The notes under the pieces: model-generated
Told to the model about the DNA's origin: nothing
The model's input: the letters and a program-made list of their open reading frames with translations, nothing else
Database searches by the model: none
Shown: positions 49,585 to 59,494 of the stretch, one piece after another
Numbering within the stretch: position 1 is the stretch's first letter
Layout: each line of letters starts with the position of its first letter
Made by a program: the position numbers and the translations under genes
From: Coprothermobacterota bacterium
Lineage (GTDB): Bacteria > Coprothermobacterota > HKB111
NCBI GenBank assembly: GCA_037440465.1
Contig: JBBIUB010000009.1
Span: 1-61,578 of the forward strand
DNA length: 61,578 nucleotides
Direction: 5' to 3'

Positions 49585-50822
49585 TGATTGTCAGAAATGG
49601 AAATGTATTCATAGACAGAAAGATAAAAAAGCTGGACCTGAGGATAGAAAACAGGGTAATCACAGAGATTGCAGAAAATATAGAAGGTGAGGGTATAGAT
49701 GTAAATAATAGGCTTGTTACCCCCTGTTTTTGGGACCTTCATACCCATCTCCGCGCTCCCGGCTTGGATTATAAGGAGGAACCCGAGGAAACCATTAAGA
49801 AAGCCATAAAAGGAGGTTATAACCTTATAAACACCATGCCCAACACAGAGCCTGCTATAGACAATGAAGTAACGGTGGATTATATTAATCACCTGCTAAG
49901 ACCTGCGTGCTTTGAAATTCTGGTCACAGGAGCTATCACCAGAAAAAGAGAAGGAAGAGAGCTAAGCGAGATTGAATTCATGGCAGATAAGGGCATCGTT
50001 GCCATCTCCGACGATGGTATCTGGACTCAAGACTCCTTCCTCACTTATCAAGCTTTGAGGTACGCAGAGAAACACAATCTTCTGATGTTCATCCATCCTC
50101 AGGATCAGAGTTTATTCACAAGGGGAAGAATTTACGAGGGAAGAGCCAGCTTCAGGACTGGTCTAAAAGGATTTCCCAAAGAAGCTGAAGCCATCGCTAT
50201 CTTGAGAGATGGAATTTTAGCTGAAGAAATAAAGGTGAGACTCCACTTCACCCATATCTCTACCTCTAAAGGGCTGGAGGCAATGAGTTATCTAAAGTCT
50301 AGAGGGGTAAAATTTACCTGCGATATAACTCCCCACCATCTCATCTTTACTGAAGATGTTTACGAAAACTATGACACAAATTACAAAGCTAACCCTCCCT
50401 TTGGGACTGAAAAAGACAGAAAAGCTCTACTACAAGCTGTTAACAACGAAGAAGTCAACTCTATAGCCACCGACCATGCTCCACATGCACCCCACGAGAA
50501 AAGTGTGGAGTGGGAAGATGCACCTTACGGTATTGCTAGCATAGATACCGCCTTTGAGGCCATGAATTCACAACTTGTAGAGACTGGGCTTATTAGCCTG
50601 GAGAGACTGCTTTTTCTTTTGACTGAAGGACCTGCAATAATATTGGGCAGGGAAAATAAAATCGCTTTGGGAATGCCTGCAAACATAAACATTATCAACC
50701 TTAACGCTCCTCATACTATCCTGACCTTCGGAAAAGCCCGGAATAACCCTTATGTTGGGTTGCAGAGTAATGTTCAGATGGAAAAGGTGATTCTCAATGG
50801 CAATCTTCAATTCCTCAGTTAA
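49584..50822 (+). CDS. pyrC: Dihydroorotase
   Basis: DLHTHLR.PG, MPNT, PHHL, K.NPP, ATDHAPH. Confidence 0.93.
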   Translation: MIVRNGNVFIDRKIKKLDLRIENRVITEIAENIEGEGIDVNNRLVTPCFWDLHTHLRAPGLDYKEEPEETIKKAIKGGYNLINTMPNTEPAIDNEVTVDYINHLLRPACFEILVTGAITRKREGRELSEIEFMADKGIVAISDDGIWTQDSFLTYQALRYAEKHNLLMFIHPQDQSLFTRGRIYEGRASFRTGLKGFPKEAEAIAILRDGILAEEIKVRLHFTHISTSKGLEAMSYLKSRGVKFTCDITPHHLIFTEDVYENYDTNYKANPPFGTEKDRKALLQAVNNEEVNSIATDHAPHAPHEKSVEWEDAPYGIASIDTAFEAMNSQLVETGLISLERLLFLLTEGPAIILGRENKIALGMPANINIINLNAPHTILTFGKARNNPYVGLQSNVQMEKVILNGNLQFLS

Positions 50823-51507
50823 TGTCAAAATCCAGCACTTCAACAGGTACAGCCTGGTTATGGTAAAAACAGTAGTAGAGGTAGAACCAGGACAATTTTT
50901 CATGTTTTACACAGACTTCGTCAAAAAGCCCTTCTCGGTAGCCTTTAAAGATAGCGGTTATCTAGGTTTTGTCATCAAACCTGTTGGTAGGTTTACCAGA
51001 AACATGCCTGCCACAATCCGATTAGAAGGGCCTTATGGTAATGGATTTCTTTCCGTGCCTAACACTCTTGATGAGGATAGGGGAAACCTTCCTCTTTTGA
51101 ATCCTCCTCTGCTGATAAGTGGAGGAGCTGGCCTGGCTCCTATTCTTTTCTTAGCTCAGCGATTAACAGAGAAAGGCCACAACTTCACCTGGTACCATGG
51201 AGATAGAGAAGAGGTTCAGGATATAATCAATGTCCTTCCCTTTCGCCCCCACCACATAATCCTGGAACCTGAAATGGTAACCGATAAACTCCTGCCCTCA
51301 ACCTCCCTCTATTTTGCCTGCGGGCCTAACCCTATGCTTCAGGCTACAGTGAACAATCTGGGAACCAATGGATTCGTAGCCCTGGAAGAAAGAATGTTAT
51401 GCGGATATGGTGCCTGTCAAGGGTGTGTCGTAGAAACAACAGAAGGTTACCAAAGGGTCTGTAAAGACGGACCCATATTTAAGGCGGGGGATATAAAATG
51501 GAGTTAA
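50797..51507 (+). CDS. pyrK: Dihydroorotate dehydrogenase electron-transfer subunit
   Basis: PGQF, GPYGNGF, ACGP, CGYGACQGC, VCKDGP. Confidence 0.9.
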   Translation: MAIFNSSVNVKIQHFNRYSLVMVKTVVEVEPGQFFMFYTDFVKKPFSVAFKDSGYLGFVIKPVGRFTRNMPATIRLEGPYGNGFLSVPNTLDEDRGNLPLLNPPLLISGGAGLAPILFLAQRLTEKGHNFTWYHGDREEVQDIINVLPFRPHHIILEPEMVTDKLLPSTSLYFACGPNPMLQATVNNLGTNGFVALEERMLCGYGACQGCVVETTEGYQRVCKDGPIFKAGDIKWS

Positions 51508-52343
51508 AAGTTAAGATTGGAAGACTCAGTCTTTCTAACCCCTTCATCGCTGCCAGTGGGACCTGTGGATATGGAGATGAGGACTTCCTGCCTCTAAAGG
51601 AGTACGGCGCATTCGTCTCCAAAACCATAACCCCTCATCCTCGACAGGGAAACAAGCCACCCAGAATCGTAGAGACACCAGCAGGTGTTATAAACAGCAT
51701 CGGACTTCAAAATATAGGATTGGAAGCCTTTAAAGAAAGGCTATGCAACTTTAAAAAGGTCACCACCTTCATTTGCTCCATCGGCGGAGAGGAAGAAACA
51801 GATTATCCGGAGATGGTTGGAGAACTGAAGAAATATGATATTATCGATGCCTTTGAGCTTAATCTAAGCTGTCCCAATGTAAAGGAAAGCAATAAGGTAA
51901 TAGGCACTGATGCCCTGACAGTGATAGACCTTACTGAAGAGGTGTTAAAGGTTACCAAAAAATCCCTTTTCATAAAACTTTCTCCATTTACTGAAGGTCT
52001 GGACGACATCTTAAAGCATCTGGATGGAAAGGTGGATGGATTCGTGCTTTTCAACACCTTTCCGGCCATGGTCATAGATACCGTCAGCAGAAAGCCTGTG
52101 TTGGGGAATATCTCTGGTGGGTTGAGCGGTCCTACCATTTATCCCATTGTGCTCAATAGCATTTACAAACACAGGAAATACTGTGTTATTGCCTCAGGTG
52201 GCATAGTGAATACCGACATCGCTCTCCAGTTCCTACTCGCTGGTGCCAGAGCACTGGAGATCGGTACGGGGCATCTCTGGAATCCCAACCTTATTTACAT
52301 ATTAAAAGAAGGTTTAATAAATCATTTAAAAGAAAAAGTATAA
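51498..52343 (+). CDS. pyrD: Dihydroorotate dehydrogenase
   Basis: ASGT, INSIGLQN, ELNLSCPN, GGLSGP. Confidence 0.93.
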   Translation: MELKVKIGRLSLSNPFIAASGTCGYGDEDFLPLKEYGAFVSKTITPHPRQGNKPPRIVETPAGVINSIGLQNIGLEAFKERLCNFKKVTTFICSIGGEEETDYPEMVGELKKYDIIDAFELNLSCPNVKESNKVIGTDALTVIDLTEEVLKVTKKSLFIKLSPFTEGLDDILKHLDGKVDGFVLFNTFPAMVIDTVSRKPVLGNISGGLSGPTIYPIVLNSIYKHRKYCVIASGGIVNTDIALQFLLAGARALEIGTGHLWNPNLIYILKEGLINHLKEKV

Positions 52344-52362
52344 GGAGGTTAGAATAATTAAA

Positions 52363-53037
52363 ATGAAGACTTTACCAATATTTGCTTTAGATTTTCAGAA
52401 TGCTGATGAAATTAAAGATTGGATATCAAGAACAGAAAAAGTATTTAACTGGTACAAAGTTGGCATGGAAGCTTACTACAATCTGGGACCCGGTATTATA
52501 CATATTCTAAAAGAGAAGGGTAAAAATATCTTTCTGGACCTGAAGCTTCACGACATACCCCACACAGTGGAAAGAGCATCCAAAGCCCTGATGAAGCTAA
52601 AAGTAGAGATGATCAGCATTCATCTTTCGAGTGGAAAAGAAGCCTGTCAGAGGTTTGCAGACACATTGAAGAATTATAGGGTTACCAGCCTGGGCATAAC
52701 AGTCCTTACTAGTCTAAACGATGTAGATATGCAGATTCTCGGGTTCAACAACACTTCTACTGGTATTGTGGAAAAACAGTTAATGATGGCAGAAGAAACC
52801 GGAATAGATGGTGTAGTTTGCTCCTATCTTGAACTGGAAATGGTGAAAAAACAATATCCTCAATTGATTACTGTGGTACCAGGAATAACATTGGAAGAAA
52901 GGATGGACGACCAGAAGAGAATAGCACATCTAAAGGAAGTGGCGGGCAAAAGCAAGTTTGTGGTACTGGGGAGAGCCATCAGCCAGGCGAGTGATGTTGA
53001 AGAAGCCCTTAGTAAAATGGTGGAGATTTTAAGGTGA
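52363..53037 (+). CDS. pyrF: OMP decarboxylase
   Basis: ALD, KVG, FLDLKLHDIP.TV, TVLTS, GRAI. Confidence 0.95.
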   Translation: MKTLPIFALDFQNADEIKDWISRTEKVFNWYKVGMEAYYNLGPGIIHILKEKGKNIFLDLKLHDIPHTVERASKALMKLKVEMISIHLSSGKEACQRFADTLKNYRVTSLGITVLTSLNDVDMQILGFNNTSTGIVEKQLMMAEETGIDGVVCSYLELEMVKKQYPQLITVVPGITLEERMDDQKRIAHLKEVAGKSKFVVLGRAISQASDVEEALSKMVEILR

Positions 53038-53588
53038 AACCAGATAGAGAAATACTTGATTTTCTTAAAAGTAGAGGCGCTGTCTGGGAAGGACACTTTG
53101 TGCTGGCTTCTGGAAAACACAGCAATACCTATATCCAATGTCAGAGAGGTTTAATAAATTCTGGAGATACCATCTATCTGGCTTTACTCCTCACTGAGAA
53201 AATCAGGGAAAGGATTGAAGTTGACATTGTAAAAGGGGTGGTATCTCCTGCTCTTGGAGCTGTGGTGATAGGCTATGAGATAGCAAGGCAACTTGGGAAA
53301 GACTTCATCTTTACTGAAAGGGTAGAAGGTAAGATGACCCTTAAAAGAGGTTTTGAGATAGAAGAAGGAGCAAAATATTTGGTGGTGGAGGATGTCTTCA
53401 CCACCGGTAGCTCCACGCAGGAGGTGGTGGAAGTGGTAGAAAAAAATGGTGGACAGGTGGTCTTAGCTGTAAGCCTTGTCCAGAGACAGAAAGAACTCGA
53501 ACTCAAGGTCCCTCATACCAGTCTTCTACTTCTGGAACTACCCATATATGAACCTGAAGACTGCCCTTTATGTAAGCTAGTAATATAG
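53034..53588 (+). CDS. pyrE: Orotate phosphoribosyltransferase
   Basis: GHF.LASGKHS, VVEDVFTTGSS, CPLC. Confidence 0.94.
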   Translation: MKPDREILDFLKSRGAVWEGHFVLASGKHSNTYIQCQRGLINSGDTIYLALLLTEKIRERIEVDIVKGVVSPALGAVVIGYEIARQLGKDFIFTERVEGKMTLKRGFEIEEGAKYLVVEDVFTTGSSTQEVVEVVEKNGGQVVLAVSLVQRQKELELKVPHTSLLLLELPIYEPEDCPLCKLVI

Positions 53589-53611
53589 GGGTCAGGTCTA
53601 CGCATTTGACA
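53588..53611 (+). repeat. GGGGTCAGG..TTGACA variant repeat abutting the pyrE stop
   Basis: 22 nt identical to the reverse complement of 16192-16213. Confidence 0.85.
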
Positions 53612-53735
53612 ATTTCATACTTTTACAAATATACTCCACCTTTTTCCTTATTTCACTATCATTCTTTAATAGTTCATAAAACCTTTCCTAGGCATTTATA
53701 ACATAAAAATATTTCATAAAAGGTAACCCTAAAAA

Positions 53736-56189
53736 ATGATAAATTTAATAAAAAAAGTTATTAAGCAAAAAAGCCTTATGAGAACCAATTCTCTAATTTA
53801 TGCTTTTTTAGCAGTAGGCTTCGGGGAGACCATCGGTCAGGTACTCCTTCTAGGGGAACTCATCATAAATTTTCAGGGTAACGAACTTTCTCTGGGTATC
53901 ATCTTCGGGTGCTGGCTTTTTACTACCGCCCTGGGAAGCTATGGTCTAGGGAGGCTGGTGGATAGATTTAAACCGAGGCTTTACCACTTTGTATTTACTC
54001 AAATCCTGTATTTCCTCATCCTCCCTGCCCAAATCCTATTAGCCCGAAATCTTAACTTCCTCCTGGGTCTAAAGCCTGGTGAGACAACAGGTATTCTGCC
54101 CATCTTTTACTCATCTCTTATCCTTCTGGCTCCCTTATGTATGTTAAATGGCTTTCAATTTACCTTGGGGTGTAGGCTTCTGGTAGGAGCAAAAGAAGAC
54201 GAGGGCCCCGACAGAGCTGTCTCCGTGGGAAAAATCTATGTGGCAGAAGCCTCGGGTAGCGTCATGGGAGGGGTCATCTTTACCTATCTCCTGATACATT
54301 ATCTTAAACCTTTAGAGATTGCTTTCATTTCAGGAGTTATAAATTTGTTAGCTGGTTTTATTATTCTCAGGCTCTGGAACATTATAAGCCAATGGAACTT
54401 TATTAGCCGAAGCCAGGGTATGCCAGAGAAACAGGTCATCCCCACATTAAGAGATATGCCTGCTATTTTCCTCCTTACCACCATTGTTCTTCTTTCAACC
54501 CTCACCGCTTATCTCTGGTTTAGTGGGAATCTCCAGAACCTGCACCACCTATCCCGTAGCTGGCAGTGGAGGGGCGAGGAGTTTCTGTTGGACAAAGACT
54601 CTTATTACGGGAACATCACCATCACCAGGAGGGATAGTCAGATGAATCTCTATAAGAGTGGTCTTTTCCTCTTTTCTACCCCACATCCGGATGTGGTCTT
54701 TCTGGAAGAACTTTCCCACTTCCCTCTTCTCTCTCATCCTTCGCCTCAAAGAGTGCTCCTTCTGGGTGGAGGAGTAGGAGGTCTTCTGGATGAAATCCTT
54801 AAACACCCAGTAGAAGAACTCGGGTATGTAGAGGTAGACCCTCTTCTAATAGAACTAGTCAGGAAGGAGATCAGTCCTGCTGTATTCTCGGACTCTCGAC
54901 TAAATCTCATCTTCTCTGACGGCAGGGTCTTCGTAAAAGAAGAGGCAAAGAAAGAGCAAATAAAATATGATGTAATAATCATGAACCTTCCTCCACCCTC
55001 CACCCTTAACCTGAATCGCTTCTACACCCAGGAGTTCTTTCAGAAAATCCAAGCACTAATAAATAGAAGTGGCATATTTGCCTTCACCCTACCTTCATCC
55101 GAAGCCTATATGGGCCCGGAGATGGTGAAGCTTAACCGCTGTATCTACGAGACTTTGAGGTCAACCTTTCCTGTTGTAAAGATAATTCCCGGCGAATTCA
55201 GCGTCTTTATGGTCTCTACAAACGCTAACATAGACCAACCTTCTTCTCCCATCCTGAACCCTGAAACCATTAAAGAAAGATTTAAAGAGAGAAACCTCGA
55301 AACTAGACTCTTAACCCCTCCTTACCTGGATTACAAACTTTCTCCTGAGAGGGCAGAAAGGCTTTTAGCTCCTTTACTGAAGGATGAAGAGGCTGAGATT
55401 AATCAAGAATTTAGACCTGTGGCTTCCTTCTATCAGCTGGCTTTATGGAATGTGATGTTTTATCCAACTCTGAGAGGATTCTTTGACTGGGTATCCGGTT
55501 TAAGATTATGGTGGTTACTTTTCCCCCTGTTTTTAATAGGAGGGCTCATTCTGCTTTTGAGGTTCATATCAAGACTCAATGGTAAAGTCAGAACAGAAGG
55601 ACCTTCTCCATCCTCCATAATTTGGGCAATCTTTACCACCGGTCTTGGAGGAATGTCCATAGGTATGCTGGTCCTCCTTACTTTCCAGACACTGGAGGGT
55701 AATCTGTACCAGAAGATAGGCGTACTAATAGCCTCCTTCATGTTGGGGTTGGTTTTAGGGGGAACAGTCACAACCAGAACTCTTCCCCACCTTAAAAAAG
55801 TTGCCAATACCTTTTCGTTAATAGAATTCTCCATCCTTTTCTACTCTCTGACTCTCCCATTCCTTCTTTTCTTAGCAGGTAAACTAGATGGAGATGCACC
55901 TTTAATCTTTCTAAACTGTTTCACCGGTTTTCTGGTGGGCGCAGAGTTTCCATTAGCCAGCAGTATTCTTTTAAAAAGGAAGGATAAAATAGTTAGGGTT
56001 GCAGGTAGCCTTTACGCCTATGATCTCTGGGGGGCCATTCTGGGAGCAGTCTTGACCTCTGTTTTCTTCATCCCCCTTCTGGGTGTTAGAGAAACGCCCT
56101 TGGTTGTTGGGATGACTAAGATGGTAAGCCTTTTACTCCTGAGCACTGATTTCAAAGGAAAATCATTTTTCAATAAAGCTCGTCTTTAA
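53736..56189 (+). CDS. Membrane-fused spermidine-synthase-like SAM-dependent transferase
   Basis: TM bundles flank a domain with VLLLGGG, VEVDP, DGR and YDVIIMNLP..NRFYT; start may be 53778. Confidence 0.85.
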   Translation: MINLIKKVIKQKSLMRTNSLIYAFLAVGFGETIGQVLLLGELIINFQGNELSLGIIFGCWLFTTALGSYGLGRLVDRFKPRLYHFVFTQILYFLILPAQILLARNLNFLLGLKPGETTGILPIFYSSLILLAPLCMLNGFQFTLGCRLLVGAKEDEGPDRAVSVGKIYVAEASGSVMGGVIFTYLLIHYLKPLEIAFISGVINLLAGFIILRLWNIISQWNFISRSQGMPEKQVIPTLRDMPAIFLLTTIVLLSTLTAYLWFSGNLQNLHHLSRSWQWRGEEFLLDKDSYYGNITITRRDSQMNLYKSGLFLFSTPHPDVVFLEELSHFPLLSHPSPQRVLLLGGGVGGLLDEILKHPVEELGYVEVDPLLIELVRKEISPAVFSDSRLNLIFSDGRVFVKEEAKKEQIKYDVIIMNLPPPSTLNLNRFYTQEFFQKIQALINRSGIFAFTLPSSEAYMGPEMVKLNRCIYETLRSTFPVVKIIPGEFSVFMVSTNANIDQPSSPILNPETIKERFKERNLETRLLTPPYLDYKLSPERAERLLAPLLKDEEAEINQEFRPVASFYQLALWNVMFYPTLRGFFDWVSGLRLWWLLFPLFLIGGLILLLRFISRLNGKVRTEGPSPSSIIWAIFTTGLGGMSIGMLVLLTFQTLEGNLYQKIGVLIASFMLGLVLGGTVTTRTLPHLKKVANTFSLIEFSILFYSLTLPFLLFLAGKLDGDAPLIFLNCFTGFLVGAEFPLASSILLKRKDKIVRVAGSLYAYDLWGAILGAVLTSVFFIPLLGVRETPLVVGMTKMVSLLLLSTDFKGKSFFNKARL

Positions 56190-56616
56190 GCCAGAAAGAG
56201 GGGAAAGAGCGAGAAGGTCGTTCGCCCTTACCTGTTTTTAACTCTAATTCCAAAAATAGTTCCAGAAGGCGTTTTCTTAAACCTATTCTTCCCTTGCCAA
56301 GACAATACTGACACTTTTCCAGCCCCCGTCCTTCACACATCCTACAAGGGATTTCTGAATATGAATAATAGCCACCATTACCCCAACAGAAACGGCAAGT
56401 GGAAATTTCACCTTTACAAAAACACTCTATAAAGAAACGGTGAGGTTCTGGTTCTGTTCCCCACCCTATGCAGCCTGAGCATTCCACTTCACCACTTTTT
56501 CCGCATACCTTGCAGTCAAAGGTAATAATAGCAGATACTACAACCCCTATTCCTAGAAGAAGAGCTAAAGCCATAAAGATAGTGGTAAGAAACTTTATAA
56601 ATTTAAACCGCTTCAA
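56170..56616 (-). CDS. Membrane-anchored DnaJ-type zinc-finger protein
   Basis: N-terminal TM helix, then repeated CxxCxGxG motifs. Confidence 0.7.
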   Translation of the reverse strand: MKRFKFIKFLTTIFMALALLLGIGVVVSAIITFDCKVCGKSGEVECSGCIGWGTEPEPHRFFIECFCKGEISTCRFCWGNGGYYSYSEIPCRMCEGRGLEKCQYCLGKGRIGLRKRLLELFLELELKTGKGERPSRSFPSFWLKDELY

Positions 56617-56632
56617 TGGCCAAAAGCCTTAT

Positions 56633-56712
56633 CCCCTCACCCTACCCTCTCCCGCAAGGGGAGAAAACTAAAAAGGAGTCTCCTGCAAGTGGAGAGGAGT
56701 GAAGGGGGAGGA
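56633..56712. repeat. CCCCTCACCCT..CTCTCCC..GGGAGA REP-like doublet
   Basis: Two opposed GC-rich hairpin units in the intergenic gap. Confidence 0.7.
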
Positions 56713-56723
56713 TTGTAACGGGC

Positions 56724-57863
56724 TCACTCCCACACACCGGGGATAGAGTGACCGCAGAACTTACACTTTCCCTTTTCCAAATGATTCTCCATTACCTCAA
56801 AATGTACCCTCCAGATTACTCTCTTATCACACTTTGGGCAAAAGGTACTGTTGTATTTGTGCCCGGGAACATTCCCAATGGTGACATACTGAAGCCCCTC
56901 CTCCAGAGCTATCTTATAGGCGTTCTCCAGGGTCTCAATGGGTGTAGGTGATAGACGGGTGAGTTTATATGCTGGATAGAAACGGGTAAAGTGAATGGGG
57001 ACATCTTTACCAAGATTTTCTCTGACCCAGACACACATCTCCTTGATTTTATCTAAATCATCGTTCATGGTGGGGATAACCAGATTGGTAATCTCTAGCC
57101 AAACCCCACTTTCCTTGATAATCTTCAAGGTATTGAGCACATGTTTTAAATCTGACACGGAGGTCAACTGATAAAACTCGGTGGTAAACGCCTTTAAATC
57201 CAGACAGACTCCATCCAGATGTTTAAGAAGCTCTCGTAGAGGCTCAGGATTTATGGCTCCATTGGTGTGAAAGTATGCCTTTAATCCCTTCTCTCTCGCC
57301 AGTTTTGCTGTCTCATAGACCCACTCATAAAAGACAGTGGGTTCATTGTAAGTGAAGGATACAGATTGGCATTTATTACTTATAGCCAAATCCACCGCCT
57401 CATCAGGAGTAAGAGCTGTACCTCCTACCTCCTCAGGTGTACGGGTAGCCAGCATCCAGTTGTGACAGAAAATACACTTAAAGTTACACCCTGCTGTGCC
57501 AAAGCAAAGGGTAGTAGTGCCTGGAAGAAAGTGAAGAAGAGGCTCTTTTTCCACAGGGTCCACCTGCACAGCTCCAATTAGGTTATATACCAGGGAGTAA
57601 AGGGTGCCCCCTTTATTTACCCTCACCATACAGTAGCCTCTTCCTCCTTCGGGTATGGTACAGTTTCTAAAACAAAGCCGACATTGGACCCAGTTATCCT
57701 TAAGTTTGGTGTAGAAACTGGCTTCTCTCTTGGTCTCAGATAAAGAAGGTAATTCAGGCGGAGCGGAAGGAAAGAAATCCTTGAGTACAATCCAGCCTCC
57801 CACTAACAGGAAGGATAGAAGTAAGATTATTTCCAGTCCCCTTCTTAAAGGCATTGTTTTCAT
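56724..57863 (-). CDS. amrS: AmmeMemoRadiSam-type radical SAM enzyme with N-terminal RR + hydrophobic segment
   Basis: C.LC...C, DPVEKEPL.HF.PG, GCNFKCIFCHNW, FTYNEP, HFTRFYP, T.CPKC, C..CG..IPGVW. Confidence 0.88.
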   Translation of the reverse strand: MKTMPLRRGLEIILLLSFLLVGGWIVLKDFFPSAPPELPSLSETKREASFYTKLKDNWVQCRLCFRNCTIPEGGRGYCMVRVNKGGTLYSLVYNLIGAVQVDPVEKEPLLHFLPGTTTLCFGTAGCNFKCIFCHNWMLATRTPEEVGGTALTPDEAVDLAISNKCQSVSFTYNEPTVFYEWVYETAKLAREKGLKAYFHTNGAINPEPLRELLKHLDGVCLDLKAFTTEFYQLTSVSDLKHVLNTLKIIKESGVWLEITNLVIPTMNDDLDKIKEMCVWVRENLGKDVPIHFTRFYPAYKLTRLSPTPIETLENAYKIALEEGLQYVTIGNVPGHKYNSTFCPKCDKRVIWRVHFEVMENHLEKGKCKFCGHSIPGVWE

Positions 57864-58675
57864 AACATCTCTCCCTCTCTTCCATTATTAGGCTCAACTC
57901 TACCTTGGGAAAACACTGGCTTGATTCTTATAGCCCTTTCATCACACTCATTATAACAATTGAAACACCTAACACACTCCAGAGAATTTAAATCCCCTTC
58001 CTTCAAAGGGTTAAGTGCTACACTACATGCCTGAGCACACTTCTGGCAACTCTTACATTTCTTCTCCTGAAGACAGAGCTTAAAAAGGCTAAATCTATTA
58101 AAGACTCCACTCCAGGCACCAAGGGGACACAGATACTTACACCAGATGCGCCCAGCAAAAAGAACTGCAAACAGGAGAACTCCAAGAAATATCAGAAGAA
58201 AAATACGAACTTCTTTAAAGTTTTGACCGAGAAAAATCCAGAGTTCGTCTATGAAAGGGAATTTGACACCAGCAGGTACTGACTTTAAAAAAACTCCCAC
58301 CACTAATATGATGGCAAGATATTTAATACTCTTAAGAAAAGTATCCAACTTAAGTGGAAGAGAGAGTTTTGCTATAGACAGCTTAGATATGAATTCCTGT
58401 AACACACCAGCAGGACAAAAGAGACCGCAGAAGACCCTGCCCATCACAAATCCGCCCCCTGTAATGCCCAGAAAGAGAAAAGAGCGTATAGAGCCATAGG
58501 TGCAAAACACAGGACAGATGCTACACATAAGAAAAGGTAGAGGAAAGGGACATCGTAGAAGTCCACCCCGTGCAACCAGACCCAGACTACCCCAGAAGAA
58601 GATGGGTCCAAGAATAAAAAGAGAAGAGAGCTTAACAACTGTAAACAGTCCTTTTACGCCTGAGACACGGCTCAT
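57860..58675 (-). CDS. NapH/MauN-like membrane 4Fe-4S protein
   Basis: GRVFCGLFCPAG, R.WCKYLCPLG, CKSCQKC..AC, CVRCFNC..EC. Confidence 0.85.
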   Translation of the reverse strand: MSRVSGVKGLFTVVKLSSLFILGPIFFWGSLGLVARGGLLRCPFPLPFLMCSICPVFCTYGSIRSFLFLGITGGGFVMGRVFCGLFCPAGVLQEFISKLSIAKLSLPLKLDTFLKSIKYLAIILVVGVFLKSVPAGVKFPFIDELWIFLGQNFKEVRIFLLIFLGVLLFAVLFAGRIWCKYLCPLGAWSGVFNRFSLFKLCLQEKKCKSCQKCAQACSVALNPLKEGDLNSLECVRCFNCYNECDERAIRIKPVFSQGRVEPNNGREGEML

Positions 58676-59349
58676 AAAAAAACACCTCTTGAGGCACTTA
58701 TAAAGAGGCGTATCCCCCAGAGGAGCAAAAGAAGGCCACAGGCTCTTCTAAATATCTTCAGAATACTTGGATGAGAAAAGATCAATCGCGGTATGACACT
58801 TGATAAAACCCCTGCCACCACCAGAGGGGTTAGAAGAGAAGCTCCAAGACCAAAGGAAAGCCCGTATAGAGCTCCTAAAAGAGGGCTTTTTACGGTAGAG
58901 GCGATATAAGCAAGAATGCCAAAAAAGGGGGTACAGTATGAGGCAAAACCAATGGTGAAGCCTGAGATGGCCATACTTAAGGTACTACGCTGAATGCCAA
59001 TTTCCTTAAATCTCTGGCAGGGACTAAAAGATAACTCTTTTCCCAGTATCATTAAAACAGCTACCAGGGAGATAAATATACTCATCCCCATGATGAGATA
59101 AGTGGATAAACTCCCCTCCTGAATAAGATTGGTTATGAACACCCCTACAAGCCCCGCAAGAAACCCTAAAAGGATATAAGCAGAGAGGCGGGCAAGAGAA
59201 AAGATAAGAGTAGCTTTGAGCCCTTCCTTCCAGCCCTCTTTCGTCCCAGCTATATATAGTATAAGGAGAGGGGCACAAGAAAGCATACATCTTGTCGATC
59301 CCAGGACAAGACCGGTAAAAAACAACCCTAATGCCGTCTCGAGAATCAT
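58672..59349 (-). CDS. CcdA/DsbD-like transmembrane thiol-redox protein
   Basis: About six TM helices with CMLSC.P and C.P motifs; SFGLG. Confidence 0.7.
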   Translation of the reverse strand: MILETALGLFFTGLVLGSTRCMLSCAPLLILYIAGTKEGWKEGLKATLIFSLARLSAYILLGFLAGLVGVFITNLIQEGSLSTYLIMGMSIFISLVAVLMILGKELSFSPCQRFKEIGIQRSTLSMAISGFTIGFASYCTPFFGILAYIASTVKSPLLGALYGLSFGLGASLLTPLVVAGVLSSVIPRLIFSHPSILKIFRRACGLLLLLWGIRLFISASRGVFL

Positions 59350-59494
59350 AACGCACCCCTTAATTATCGTCTAAATCATTTTAAACCATCAATTAAAGTA
59401 TATCCTTACTCTTCCCCCTTCAAGAGAGGAGAATTTACAAGCTGCCTTATGATGGTCTTTATCTTTTCAGGAGCTGATCTTCGGAGTCTACAAA

